From: Patescibacteria group bacterium
GTDB taxonomy: Bacteria; Patescibacteriota; Patescibacteriia; UM-FILTER-42-10
Assembly (NCBI GenBank): GCA_041664365.1
Contig: JBAYKW010000004.1
Location: 11,013 to 75,012, forward strand
Reading direction: 5' to 3'
DNA length: 64,000 nt
Shown: positions 49,065-61,721 of the stretch, piece after piece
Layout of the letters: the number at the start of each line of letters is the position of its first letter
Position numbering within the stretch: the stretch's first letter is position 1
Program-made: the position numbers and the translations under genes
The notes under the pieces: model-generated
The model's input: the letters and a program-made list of their open reading frames with translations, nothing else
What the model was told of the DNA's origin: nothing
Database searches by the model: none

Positions 49065-49276
49065 CACACATCCTCCATGGAGTTACCAACATCATCTTGG
49101 CTGGTGATTCTCTGACGGGAATCGACTCGACAAACGCAATTGGTCAGAGAGAGTTTGCAGTGTTTACACCTCCATCTCTGGGTGGCAGGATCGAAGTAAG
49201 CCCCAAACGGCGCGTCTGGCTGATGCCCTCCGCTAGAAGCAGAGGGCACGAGGTAATTATGTCCTCTGTAGACCAT
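49064..49276 (-). CDS. Cys-rich small protein (70 aa from the internal ATG) with a C-x2-C-x6-C-x-C module
   Basis: SD-like GGGAAAAGGA before ATG (MVYRGHNY..); ..TQRWRCKHCKLSLTNCVCRVDS..; the track ORF starts at an upstream GTG (49303). Confidence 0.5.
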   Translation of the reverse strand: MVYRGHNYLVPSASSGGHQPDAPFGAYFDPATQRWRCKHCKLSLTNCVCRVDSRQRITSQDDVGNSMEDV

Positions 49277-49540
49277 TCCTTTTCCCTTCAGGTTGAAGTT
49301 CACATCCTGAACTGCGGATATTGTGAATATTGCATCGGGAAATCATTATTCCCATTATCTTAATGTACAAAATCGAGTTTTATGGCTCGTAAAGATACTT
49401 AATAAGCACCCTTACCAACCATCAAACAAAGAACCGGCGAGATGAGGCCGGTTGTAAAATTTTAATACCAAACCTCTCATCAATGGCAGATGATAATCGT
49501 AATCAGTTTAATAATTAGGTTTGATTTGTAGTTCATGGAT

Positions 49541-49567
49541 TTTAAAAAACTAGCCTCTCGGCTAGTT
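49541..49567 (-). terminator. Rho-independent terminator downstream of ndk
   Basis: Minus strand aaactagcc-gaga-ggctagttt followed by tttttt. Confidence 0.5.
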
Positions 49568-49688
49568 TAATTAATGTGAATTAATGCAAAACTAGCCAGA
49601 GATTCTGGTAATAATCAGGTTAATAATGGAAATTGTTTTTTGCATATTGTTGATTGGAATATTATGCCAGTATGAATCTGCTGTCAAG

Positions 49689-50168
49689 CTATTTTTCCAT
49701 TTCTTTCAGTTCATCGTCATCATAGATCGCCGAAAAATCCAGTTTCTTGTAGTTAAATAATTCGTCCTCATTGAAAAAACGATAAACTTCTTTACTGGCT
49801 GATTCAGGCGAGTCCGAGGCGTGGATAATATTATGGCCTTTGCTCATTGAAAGGTCACCTCGAATGCTTCCTGCATCCGCTTCTCTTCCGGAAGTCGGTC
49901 CGACGATCAAACGGATGGCATTAATTGCACCGAAGCCCTCCAGCACCATCACAACTACGGGGGAAGACTGCATAAATTTTTTTAAATCTTCAAAAAAAGG
50001 TTTGTCTTGGTGATGTTCATAGTGAACTGCGATCAAAGCATCATCTATTGAGATCATTTTCATTCCAACAATTTTTAATCCTTTTCTCTCAAAACGTGTA
50101 ACAACCTCTCCTAGCAGATTCCTTTGCAGGGTATCAGGTTTTATGATAATTAGCGATCTTTGTTTCAT
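49689..50168 (-). CDS. ndk: Nucleoside diphosphate kinase with an acidic C-terminal tail
   Basis: NIIHASD active-site His motif; GDLSMSKG; 4-nt overlap with the upstream REC gene. Confidence 0.85.
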   Translation of the reverse strand: MKQRSLIIIKPDTLQRNLLGEVVTRFERKGLKIVGMKMISIDDALIAVHYEHHQDKPFFEDLKKFMQSSPVVVMVLEGFGAINAIRLIVGPTSGREADAGSIRGDLSMSKGHNIIHASDSPESASKEVYRFFNEDELFNYKKLDFSAIYDDDELKEMEK

Positions 50169-50557
50169 TGTTGAATATTCCCTTTTTTCTTAAGTAAGTC
50201 TTGAACCTTTTCGACTATTTCTGTCGGTGTATGGTTTGCTTTTACAAAATAGTCATCCGCTCCCAGATCTTTTCCTTTTTGGATATCCTGGTCCTGGCCG
50301 AGATTTGTTAACAAAATAACCGGAACATCTTTAATATTTTCGTCTTTGCGAATCTCCTTTAAAGTAGCAAATCCGTCCAGTTTCGGCATGATAATGTCCA
50401 GTAATATCATATCCGGTTTTGCATTTCGCGCAGCTTTCAGTCCGTCAGAACCGTTTTCCGCAGTTTCTATTTCAAACCCTTCTCTGGTAAATTTTGCGGT
50501 ATACATCTCCAGTAACATTTTATCGTCTTCAATTAGGAGGATTTTTTGCTTGCTCAT
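50165..50557 (-). CDS. Single-domain response regulator (REC only), fourth paralog of the 39.8-41.0 kb triplet
   Basis: ILLIEDDK..MILLDIIMPKLDG..DENIKDVPVILLTNLG. Confidence 0.75.
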   Translation of the reverse strand: MSKQKILLIEDDKMLLEMYTAKFTREGFEIETAENGSDGLKAARNAKPDMILLDIIMPKLDGFATLKEIRKDENIKDVPVILLTNLGQDQDIQKGKDLGADDYFVKANHTPTEIVEKVQDLLKKKGNIQQ

Positions 50558-50644
50558 AATGTTATTTGGATTGTGATTATTAGTTTTATTAATTATCTCC
50601 CTCTCTTACCTATAACACAAATATATAAAATCTGCAATATACTG

Positions 50645-52114
50645 TTAAAATTCCGCCCATTTTTTATACCAATCATTATTTTTTTCATAATTATGGGCAA
50701 CCTGGAAAAGTATGCTTTCTGCGAATGGTTTTGCCATAAATTGCAGACCGATTGGCAGGCCGCCTGCAAATCCGCAAGGTACGGATATGGCCGGGATACC
50801 GCTGATATTTGCCGATACGGTAAATATGTCAGAGAGGTACATTGTTAATGGATCATTTACCATTTCACCTATACCAAAAGCAGTTGTGGGAGTAGTTGGA
50901 GTAACCAGAACATCAACTTCATTAAACACTTCAGCAAAGTCATTTTTTACCAGTTCACGTATTTTCTGGGCACGGCGGTAGTATGCATCATAGAACCCGC
51001 TGGAAAGACTAAAGGTACCGATCATTATTCTGCGTTTGACTTCATCACCGAATCCATTGGCCCGGGATTTGCTGTAAACTGAAAATAAATCTTTTACGTT
51101 TTTATCATCCTGGATGATTGAATATCCATAACGGATGCCGTCATACCGTGACAAGTTGGAACTGGCTTCGGCCGGAAGAATAATATAATAAACCGCCAAT
51201 GCAAAATCGGTATAGGGAAGGCTCACCTCTTTGATGCTGGCTCCCATTTCTTCTAGCTGTTTTATTGAATCACGAACACCTTTTTCTACATCCTGATTAA
51301 TCCCCCCGACAAAATATTCTTTCGGGATGCCGATTCTTAAACCTTTAATATCTTTTGAAAGGTATTTTGTAAAATCTTCATATGGAACGTGAGCAGTCGT
51401 AGAATCATGCGGATCTTGTCCGGCAATTGCATTTAAAACTATTGCTGAATCTTCTACCGTCCTTGTAATCGGCCCGATCTGATCTAAAGACGAGGCTAAA
51501 GCAATCAACCCGTAGCGTGATACTCTCCCGTAGGTCGGTTTTAATCCCACCACACCGCAAAACGCCGCCGGCTGTCTGGTTGATCCGCCGGTATCCGAAC
51601 CCAATGCATAGACACACTCCTTCGCTGCCACAGCAGCAGCCGAGCCGCCGGATGAACCTCCCGGAACTTTTTCCAAATTCCATGGATTTTTTGTGATTTG
51701 AAATGCCGAATTTTCCGTTGAAGAACCCATAGCGAACTCATCCAAATTTGTTTTACCTAAAAGTACCATGCCGGCTTTATTTAACTTTGCTGCCACAGTA
51801 GAATCATACATGGACTGGTATTTTTTCAGAATTTTTGATCCGGCTGTAGCTCGCGTTCCGACCGCTAGCATATTATCTTTCAGTGCCGCCGGTATGCCTA
51901 AAAGCGGAGAGTCATATTGTTTATCTTTTATTTTTTTATCTGCCAGATTTGAGCTTTTTATTGCCAGATCTCTTGTCACTTCAAGATATGCTGATATTTT
52001 CGGTTCTGCTTTTTCAATATTTCCCAGATATTCCTGTGTTAACTCAAAAGAAGAAATCTTCCGATCTCGAATTTTTTCAGATACCTCTTTCAGTGACAAA
52101 TCAGATAGTTTCAT
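50645..52114 (-). CDS. gatA: Glu/Asp-tRNA amidotransferase subunit A (amidase signature)
   Basis: GGSSGGSAAAVA amidase signature; Ser-cisSer-Lys triad context; followed by gatC. Confidence 0.9.
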   Translation of the reverse strand: MKLSDLSLKEVSEKIRDRKISSFELTQEYLGNIEKAEPKISAYLEVTRDLAIKSSNLADKKIKDKQYDSPLLGIPAALKDNMLAVGTRATAGSKILKKYQSMYDSTVAAKLNKAGMVLLGKTNLDEFAMGSSTENSAFQITKNPWNLEKVPGGSSGGSAAAVAAKECVYALGSDTGGSTRQPAAFCGVVGLKPTYGRVSRYGLIALASSLDQIGPITRTVEDSAIVLNAIAGQDPHDSTTAHVPYEDFTKYLSKDIKGLRIGIPKEYFVGGINQDVEKGVRDSIKQLEEMGASIKEVSLPYTDFALAVYYIILPAEASSNLSRYDGIRYGYSIIQDDKNVKDLFSVYSKSRANGFGDEVKRRIMIGTFSLSSGFYDAYYRRAQKIRELVKNDFAEVFNEVDVLVTPTTPTTAFGIGEMVNDPLTMYLSDIFTVSANISGIPAISVPCGFAGGLPIGLQFMAKPFAESILFQVAHNYEKNNDWYKKWAEF

Positions 52115-52400
52115 TTTTGTTCAGTATTGTCTTAACCTTGATGTGGCCGTTTTTTTGATCCGGCGCCTGCCCGATTAACGCTTCCTGATTTTTTGACTCT
52201 ACCACAATATCATTTCTTAAAATATTTTCATTGTCCGATATTACGATCTTCTCGCCCTTTTCAACCGTAACCTTATTCAATATATTTATATAATCTAAAA
52301 TTGAGGTGATTTGTTTTTGAAATCTACTCACCTCTTCGGCAGTCAAATCGATCCGAGCAAGCTTTGCTAAATGTTCAACTTCTTCTTTTGTCAGATTCAT
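52101..52400 (-). CDS. gatC: Glu/Asp-tRNA amidotransferase subunit C
   Basis: MNLTKEEVEHLAKLARIDLTAEEVSRFQKQITSILDY. Confidence 0.8.
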   Translation of the reverse strand: MNLTKEEVEHLAKLARIDLTAEEVSRFQKQITSILDYINILNKVTVEKGEKIVISDNENILRNDIVVESKNQEALIGQAPDQKNGHIKVKTILNKNETI

Positions 52401-52422
52401 AATTTTTTTATTTTATCACTAT

Positions 52423-56716
<4,294 letters not shown>

Positions 56717-57469
56717 TTATCTTCGGAAAATCATTGAAGTTACAGTAGTTTGAAGATTTACCTCTTCCCCCTCTATCCCCTCACCCACTTTACTGTTCAT
56801 AACAATTGTTACCATCGGCTGGACGTCCGGTATTGCACACAGATTATCAGTACAAATTTCCGGATAACAATCAGAATCAACCGAACAACCCGTTGGTATT
56901 GAAAAAGGGTCGGAATGCGGAAAGATGTACAAAGATAACAATGAAATTCTGACTTTTTCCGGAGTAACCACTTGCCAGTTAATTTCCGCTGAACAACGAT
57001 TTCGGTAAAAAGAACTGTTGGAACAAACTTCTATTTCTTCACTAGCTGAATCATACCGATAAATCACTTGCTTATTCTCCTGATCCTTTGTGGCCAATAT
57101 ATTTACAGGTCCGGCAGATATATCAATGTTTATGCACTCGCCAAATACCCCATTGCAATCTGCATCGCTAATACAAGAAGTATAGTTAATTCCCTCTTCG
57201 TCAGTTCCCCCCTCGCAATGGCCCCGATAAAAATCATAATCAATAGTGCCTACCTGCGCCTCCCGGGCAATTGACTCCATAACAAATCTGGCATCACTCT
57301 GTACTACCTGGAGATTGCGCACTTGCCTCTGAACATTCGTAACGGTCACAAATAAATCAACAGCCATCAGTGCTGTCATTGAAAACACAGCTAAAACCAC
57401 CACCATTTCCATCAAAGAAAATCCCGGCGCGGATTGATTCAGTATTTTTCTAGCAATCTTTTTGATCAT
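56717..57469 (-). CDS. Type IV pilin-like (pseudopilin) protein
   Basis: Class III signal APGFSLMEMVVVLAVFS (G|FSLMEM prepilin cleavage motif). Confidence 0.55.
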   Translation of the reverse strand: MIKKIARKILNQSAPGFSLMEMVVVLAVFSMTALMAVDLFVTVTNVQRQVRNLQVVQSDARFVMESIAREAQVGTIDYDFYRGHCEGGTDEEGINYTSCISDADCNGVFGECINIDISAGPVNILATKDQENKQVIYRYDSASEEIEVCSNSSFYRNRCSAEINWQVVTPEKVRISLLSLYIFPHSDPFSIPTGCSVDSDCYPEICTDNLCAIPDVQPMVTIVMNSKVGEGIEGEEVNLQTTVTSMIFRR

Positions 57470-57475
57470 CCTGAT

Positions 57476-57524
57476 TAATCTATTATTGCCAATTACCTAT
57501 TACAAATTACCAATTACTTATATA
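57476..57524. repeat. Heptad-repeat palindromic intergenic element (copy D), between two pilin genes
   Basis: Minus strand GTAATTGGTAATTTGTAATAGGTAATTGG: four perfect-period 7-nt repeats. Confidence 0.55.
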
Positions 57525-58190
57525 CTACTTCCAATTATACAAATGATCCTCAAGAGTTACACTGTTAGTTGTATTAGTTGATCCTCTTTCTTGCCACACA
57601 ACGTTTATTAACACCTGCACGCCAACTTTTATTTCATCAGCAAGGCAAACTGCTTCTTCTCGATAATTTTCTACTGCTCCATCTGACTTCTGACATATTG
57701 ATTTTATTATAATCGTCCTAGAAAAAGGTGTTGCTAGAGTTACATCAATCGTTTCCCCTGATAACTTGTGCCGGTATATTCCATTTTCCAGATAAATTCG
57801 GCATCTTTCACTAGTGATACACGGGTCCGCGGTCGTATCTTCACCGTTGGAGTCCAAACTCCAGGACGCCGGTGTCACATTGGGATTGAATCTGGCCAAA
57901 TAAACATAACTTGGAGTTACATCATTTAAACCAGTGTCCCAAGCCGTAAAATCTAATGAATTAGATTCAATTTTTAACCAGTTGTTGTACCTTTGTTGCT
58001 TGACTACTTCCATACCTTCGCGGGCAAGATTACCGGCGATCGTCTGCATTTCGCTCGCTGTACCTCCCCTGATCGTAGCCATGGTCAGAACCAGTGTGCT
58101 GATTACCCCAACTAGAATGATACTGATGGCAACCACCAGTTCTATCAGACTCTGTCCCTTATTATTTTTTGTGATTCGTTTGATAATCAT
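57525..58190 (-). CDS. Type IV pilin-like protein
   Basis: KGQSLIELVVAISIILVG prepilin signal (G|QSLIEL). Confidence 0.55.
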   Translation of the reverse strand: MIIKRITKNNKGQSLIELVVAISIILVGVISTLVLTMATIRGGTASEMQTIAGNLAREGMEVVKQQRYNNWLKIESNSLDFTAWDTGLNDVTPSYVYLARFNPNVTPASWSLDSNGEDTTADPCITSERCRIYLENGIYRHKLSGETIDVTLATPFSRTIIIKSICQKSDGAVENYREEAVCLADEIKVGVQVLINVVWQERGSTNTTNSVTLEDHLYNWK

Positions 58191-58193
58191 ATA

Positions 58194-58970
58194 TTACAGA
58201 TTCTGTAATAAACACCCAGGGTTTGCTGACTCACTTACCTCACCTGAAACACCATTAATCATAACCATACGACATTTGTGGGTAGTTTTGTGCTCAAGCA
58301 ATATTTTTATTGTTTGTTCATAATAAATTACCGGATCATCTATATGTAAAACAAAAAATGGTGTTGGTTTTGGGGGACGGAAAGAAACATCAATTCCATT
58401 AAAATCAGCATCGGGACATAGTGAATCCCCGGGAGAATTTATCCAGGAACACTTTATTAGATAGTCTTTTATCCTAACGTTATTGGGTAAAGAGTAATTT
58501 TCTTTTCCATCCAATGGAATATCAGTCCCTGCATTAAACTTTCCCGTTATACCTCCGATATCAGCAAAAAGTGTATAAGTTGTCGGACACTCCATTAATG
58601 TTGATTCATGACATCTGGCAGAACTATCATCAACAAGCTTGTCTAATACTATACCAAACCCCCCGATCGGAACCAAACCGCAAGTTCCATTTGGAGGGAT
58701 TAAACTTTCGCATTCAGTATCATTCGTACAGGACAGTAAATTTCGATCTCCGCCTTTGCAGACTTTTACTACCTGACCGGACATTCCCAAATTCTGGACT
58801 TCACGAAAATTATTAACCAATTCCACCGCACCGGTTCTTAAGTCATCCATTTTCTGACCTTGTCGGAAGTTGTTCACCACCACCACGGAGATGATTACAA
58901 AAATTGATATGGAAATCAGTAATTCCAGTAATGTGTAACCGTTTCTTTTTTTCAGACTGAAATACTTCAT
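58194..58970 (-). CDS. Type IV pilin-like protein
   Basis: NGYTLLELLISISIFVI prepilin signal (G|YTLLEL). Confidence 0.55.
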   Translation of the reverse strand: MKYFSLKKRNGYTLLELLISISIFVIISVVVVNNFRQGQKMDDLRTGAVELVNNFREVQNLGMSGQVVKVCKGGDRNLLSCTNDTECESLIPPNGTCGLVPIGGFGIVLDKLVDDSSARCHESTLMECPTTYTLFADIGGITGKFNAGTDIPLDGKENYSLPNNVRIKDYLIKCSWINSPGDSLCPDADFNGIDVSFRPPKPTPFFVLHIDDPVIYYEQTIKILLEHKTTHKCRMVMINGVSGEVSESANPGCLLQNL

Positions 58971-58978
58971 CGTATTTT

Positions 58979-59719
58979 TTAGTAAATAGTATACCAGTCA
59001 ATAATCTGATCCCCAAACAACAACACTATGAGCGTTGCTAATGTTAGGAATATTCCCAAGGGCACAGAGTCCTGCCATTTCTTTTTTTTGGATGCCAGCA
59101 ACCCAACAGATATGATTGCACCGCTGATATATGTTATGACAAGTAGAGGTAGAATTTTGGGCCACCCCACCATGAACCCGCACATCAATCCCAGTCTTAA
59201 ATCCCCCCCACCGATCCATTTTCCCTTGGAAATTACGAACTGCAGTAGGAAAAAACTCAACCCTATTATACCACCAATCAGGATATTCGTCAGTGAAAAT
59301 CCAAGCATTAATGATCCGATAAACCCAATAATAATCGCTGGGATTGAAACAGAATCCAGTATCAGATAGTAGAGCAAATCGTAAACAAATATAATAATCA
59401 GAAATACAGAATACAGCGCATATAGAAAAAATTCCAAGGTCAGACCGAATTTTAGATACAGCACAAGAAATACCAATCCAGTCGCAAGCTCAACCAAAGG
59501 ATACTGCTTGGAAATGCTTTTTTTGCAATAACGGCATTTCCCGCGCAAAAACACAAAACTGAAAACAGGGACCAGATCCAAAACTGATAATGATTTTTTA
59601 CAATGCGTACAAAAAGACCTTCCTTTCAGAAAGCTTTTTTTGTGTTTCATCCGATAGATCACGACATTTAAAAAACTGCCAATGATCAGACCGAAAACTA
59701 ATGCAATTACTTCGAACAT
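58979..59719 (-). CDS. pilD: Prepilin peptidase (A24 family)
   Basis: N-terminal CxxC..CxxC (CTHC..CRYC) zinc motif plus polytopic membrane domain with catalytic Asp context. Confidence 0.8.
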   Translation of the reverse strand: MFEVIALVFGLIIGSFLNVVIYRMKHKKSFLKGRSFCTHCKKSLSVLDLVPVFSFVFLRGKCRYCKKSISKQYPLVELATGLVFLVLYLKFGLTLEFFLYALYSVFLIIIFVYDLLYYLILDSVSIPAIIIGFIGSLMLGFSLTNILIGGIIGLSFFLLQFVISKGKWIGGGDLRLGLMCGFMVGWPKILPLLVITYISGAIISVGLLASKKKKWQDSVPLGIFLTLATLIVLLFGDQIIDWYTIY

Positions 59720-60411
59720 TATTTTTTATTTACAGTTTGAAATTTTTTATTTATCCCGGGGTCATTTTTAGGATTTCGGATAAGCTTCGGGAAAATGCCA
59801 CTTAAAGCCATCTGAGCAGTTCTGACAATGATTTCAAAATCAGTCACCAGTGAAAAATTCTCAACATATTTTTCATCCAATTCCAACATATTAGCAAATG
59901 AATGATCGCCGGGGTTCACCTGCCATAATCCGGTAATCCCCGGCCTGGCTTTCATACGTATTTCCCATTTTTGATAGAGGTCCGGTTGAACCTGTAATTT
60001 ACTGAAATCAACATCACTAGTTGGCAGCGGGCGAGGGCCGACCAAACTCATCTCCCCTTTTAAAACATTAAATATTTGTGGAATTTCATCTAACCCGGTA
60101 CCTCGGAGTGATCGTCCGACATTAGTTTGCCGAGGATCTGTTGCCATTTTAAACAAAAAACCGGACGCTTCATTTTTGGATTGCAATGCGGTTTGTTGCT
60201 TGTCAGCACCCACGATCATCGTTCTGAATTTATACATCATAAACGGCTTGTTATTTCTGCCATACCTCTTCTGTCTGTAAAACACGGGCCCTTTAGAATC
60301 AAATTTAATTATCATCCCTATTACAATACTAAAAAGCACCGCTGGTATAAGCAACATCAGAGCAACAACAAGATCAAAAATGTATTTTAACAGGTTGCGA
60401 AAGAATTGCAT
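59719..60411 (-). CDS. Bacterial sugar transferase (undecaprenyl-phosphate hexose-1-phosphate transferase; WbaP/CpsE C-terminal domain type)
   Basis: ..EIPQIFNVLKGEMSLVGPRPL.. Confidence 0.75.
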   Translation of the reverse strand: MQFFRNLLKYIFDLVVALMLLIPAVLFSIVIGMIIKFDSKGPVFYRQKRYGRNNKPFMMYKFRTMIVGADKQQTALQSKNEASGFLFKMATDPRQTNVGRSLRGTGLDEIPQIFNVLKGEMSLVGPRPLPTSDVDFSKLQVQPDLYQKWEIRMKARPGITGLWQVNPGDHSFANMLELDEKYVENFSLVTDFEIIVRTAQMALSGIFPKLIRNPKNDPGINKKFQTVNKK

Positions 60412-60602
60412 GAAAAATAAAATTAACCTTTATTTTAAGCCCAGTTTCTGGTATAATAATACCATTATTCCAGTTAAATGTAAATTATTTTTATGGGTAG
60501 ATTAGTCATAAATACATTATTTGTTGGCGGTAGGCAAACGCTTACAAAATAATCTTCTTTTTTCTGTCTCGATAATAACACACATGATTTTAACTAAAAA
60601 AT

Positions 60603-61721
60603 ATGAAAATTCTTTTAAACAGTAGGGCCGACCTAAACAGTAAACCGGGCGGTGATACCCTGCAAATAAATAAAACTGCAGAATATCTGAGAAAGCTGGA
60701 TGTGGCTGTTGATATTTCAACGGAAATGCAGCCGGATTTGTCGAAATACGATATTGTGCATCTTTTTAATATTACCCGACCGCATGAAACGTATGCCCAG
60801 TTTCAAAATGCTCAAAATCAAAATAAGCCGGTTGTACTTACTCCCCTCTATCAAAATTTTGACGAGTGGGACCGTAAAGGCAGATATGGATTACAAAGTA
60901 TTTTCATGAAGTTAATTCCGGATAAAAATAGTAAAGAACTATTTAAGCTATCATTGAGAGCAATAACAAATATTCATTTATATCAACAATACTTCTATCA
61001 ACTTATCAATGGTTATGTACAGCAACAGCAAAAAGTACTGAATAATGTTAATGCCCTGCTTCTAAACTCCACACTGGAAATGAATCTACTGGAAAATGAT
61101 TTAGGAATACATAATAAATATTTTATTGTACCAAATGGAATTGACGCGGATTTTGCAGATGTTAATCCGGATTTATTCAGACAAAAATATGGTATTCAAG
61201 ATTTTGTGCTCTGTGTTGCCAACTTCTCCAGCATTAAGAACCATATTAAATCACTCAAAGCATTAAAAAATACCGGCATAAAATTAGTACTGATTGGAAA
61301 ACCACAGAAAAATCACAGAAAATATTTTCGACATATTAATAAAACAGCAAACAATAATTCAAATATTTTACTGATTACCGATGCTTCAAAAGATTTGATA
61401 AAATCAGCCTATGCATCCGCCAAGGTGCATGTATTACCCAGCTGGTTCGAAACATGCGGATTAGTCAGTTTAGAAGCGGGGCTGGCAGGTTGTAATGTTG
61501 TAAGCACTGACCGGGGTTACGCAAAAGAGTATTTAGGCAATTTCGCAAAATACTGTGATCCGGCAGATGTTAGCTCAATAAAAAACTCCGTGCTTGATGC
61601 ATTAAAATCTCCAAAATCAGATAATCTAAAGAATCATATATTAGCAAACTTCTCCTGGGGAAAAACCGCTCAAAAAACACTGGTGGTTTATCAAAACATT
61701 ATCAATGCAACTGGTAAATAA
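60603..61721 (+). CDS. Glycosyltransferase family 1 (GT4-type)
   Basis: C-terminal ..SWFETCGLVSLEAGLAGCNVVSTD.. EX7E-like donor-binding motif. Confidence 0.7.
   Translation: MKILLNSRADLNSKPGGDTLQINKTAEYLRKLDVAVDISTEMQPDLSKYDIVHLFNITRPHETYAQFQNAQNQNKPVVLTPLYQNFDEWDRKGRYGLQSIFMKLIPDKNSKELFKLSLRAITNIHLYQQYFYQLINGYVQQQQKVLNNVNALLLNSTLEMNLLENDLGIHNKYFIVPNGIDADFADVNPDLFRQKYGIQDFVLCVANFSSIKNHIKSLKALKNTGIKLVLIGKPQKNHRKYFRHINKTANNNSNILLITDASKDLIKSAYASAKVHVLPSWFETCGLVSLEAGLAGCNVVSTDRGYAKEYLGNFAKYCDPADVSSIKNSVLDALKSPKSDNLKNHILANFSWGKTAQKTLVVYQNIINATGK

Noticed and set aside
60517-60720. 67-aa minus-strand ORF in the divergent promoter region between the sugar transferase and the GT1 gene
   Set aside because: It overlaps the GT1 start and the intergenic region, has no SD or motif, and is probably spurious
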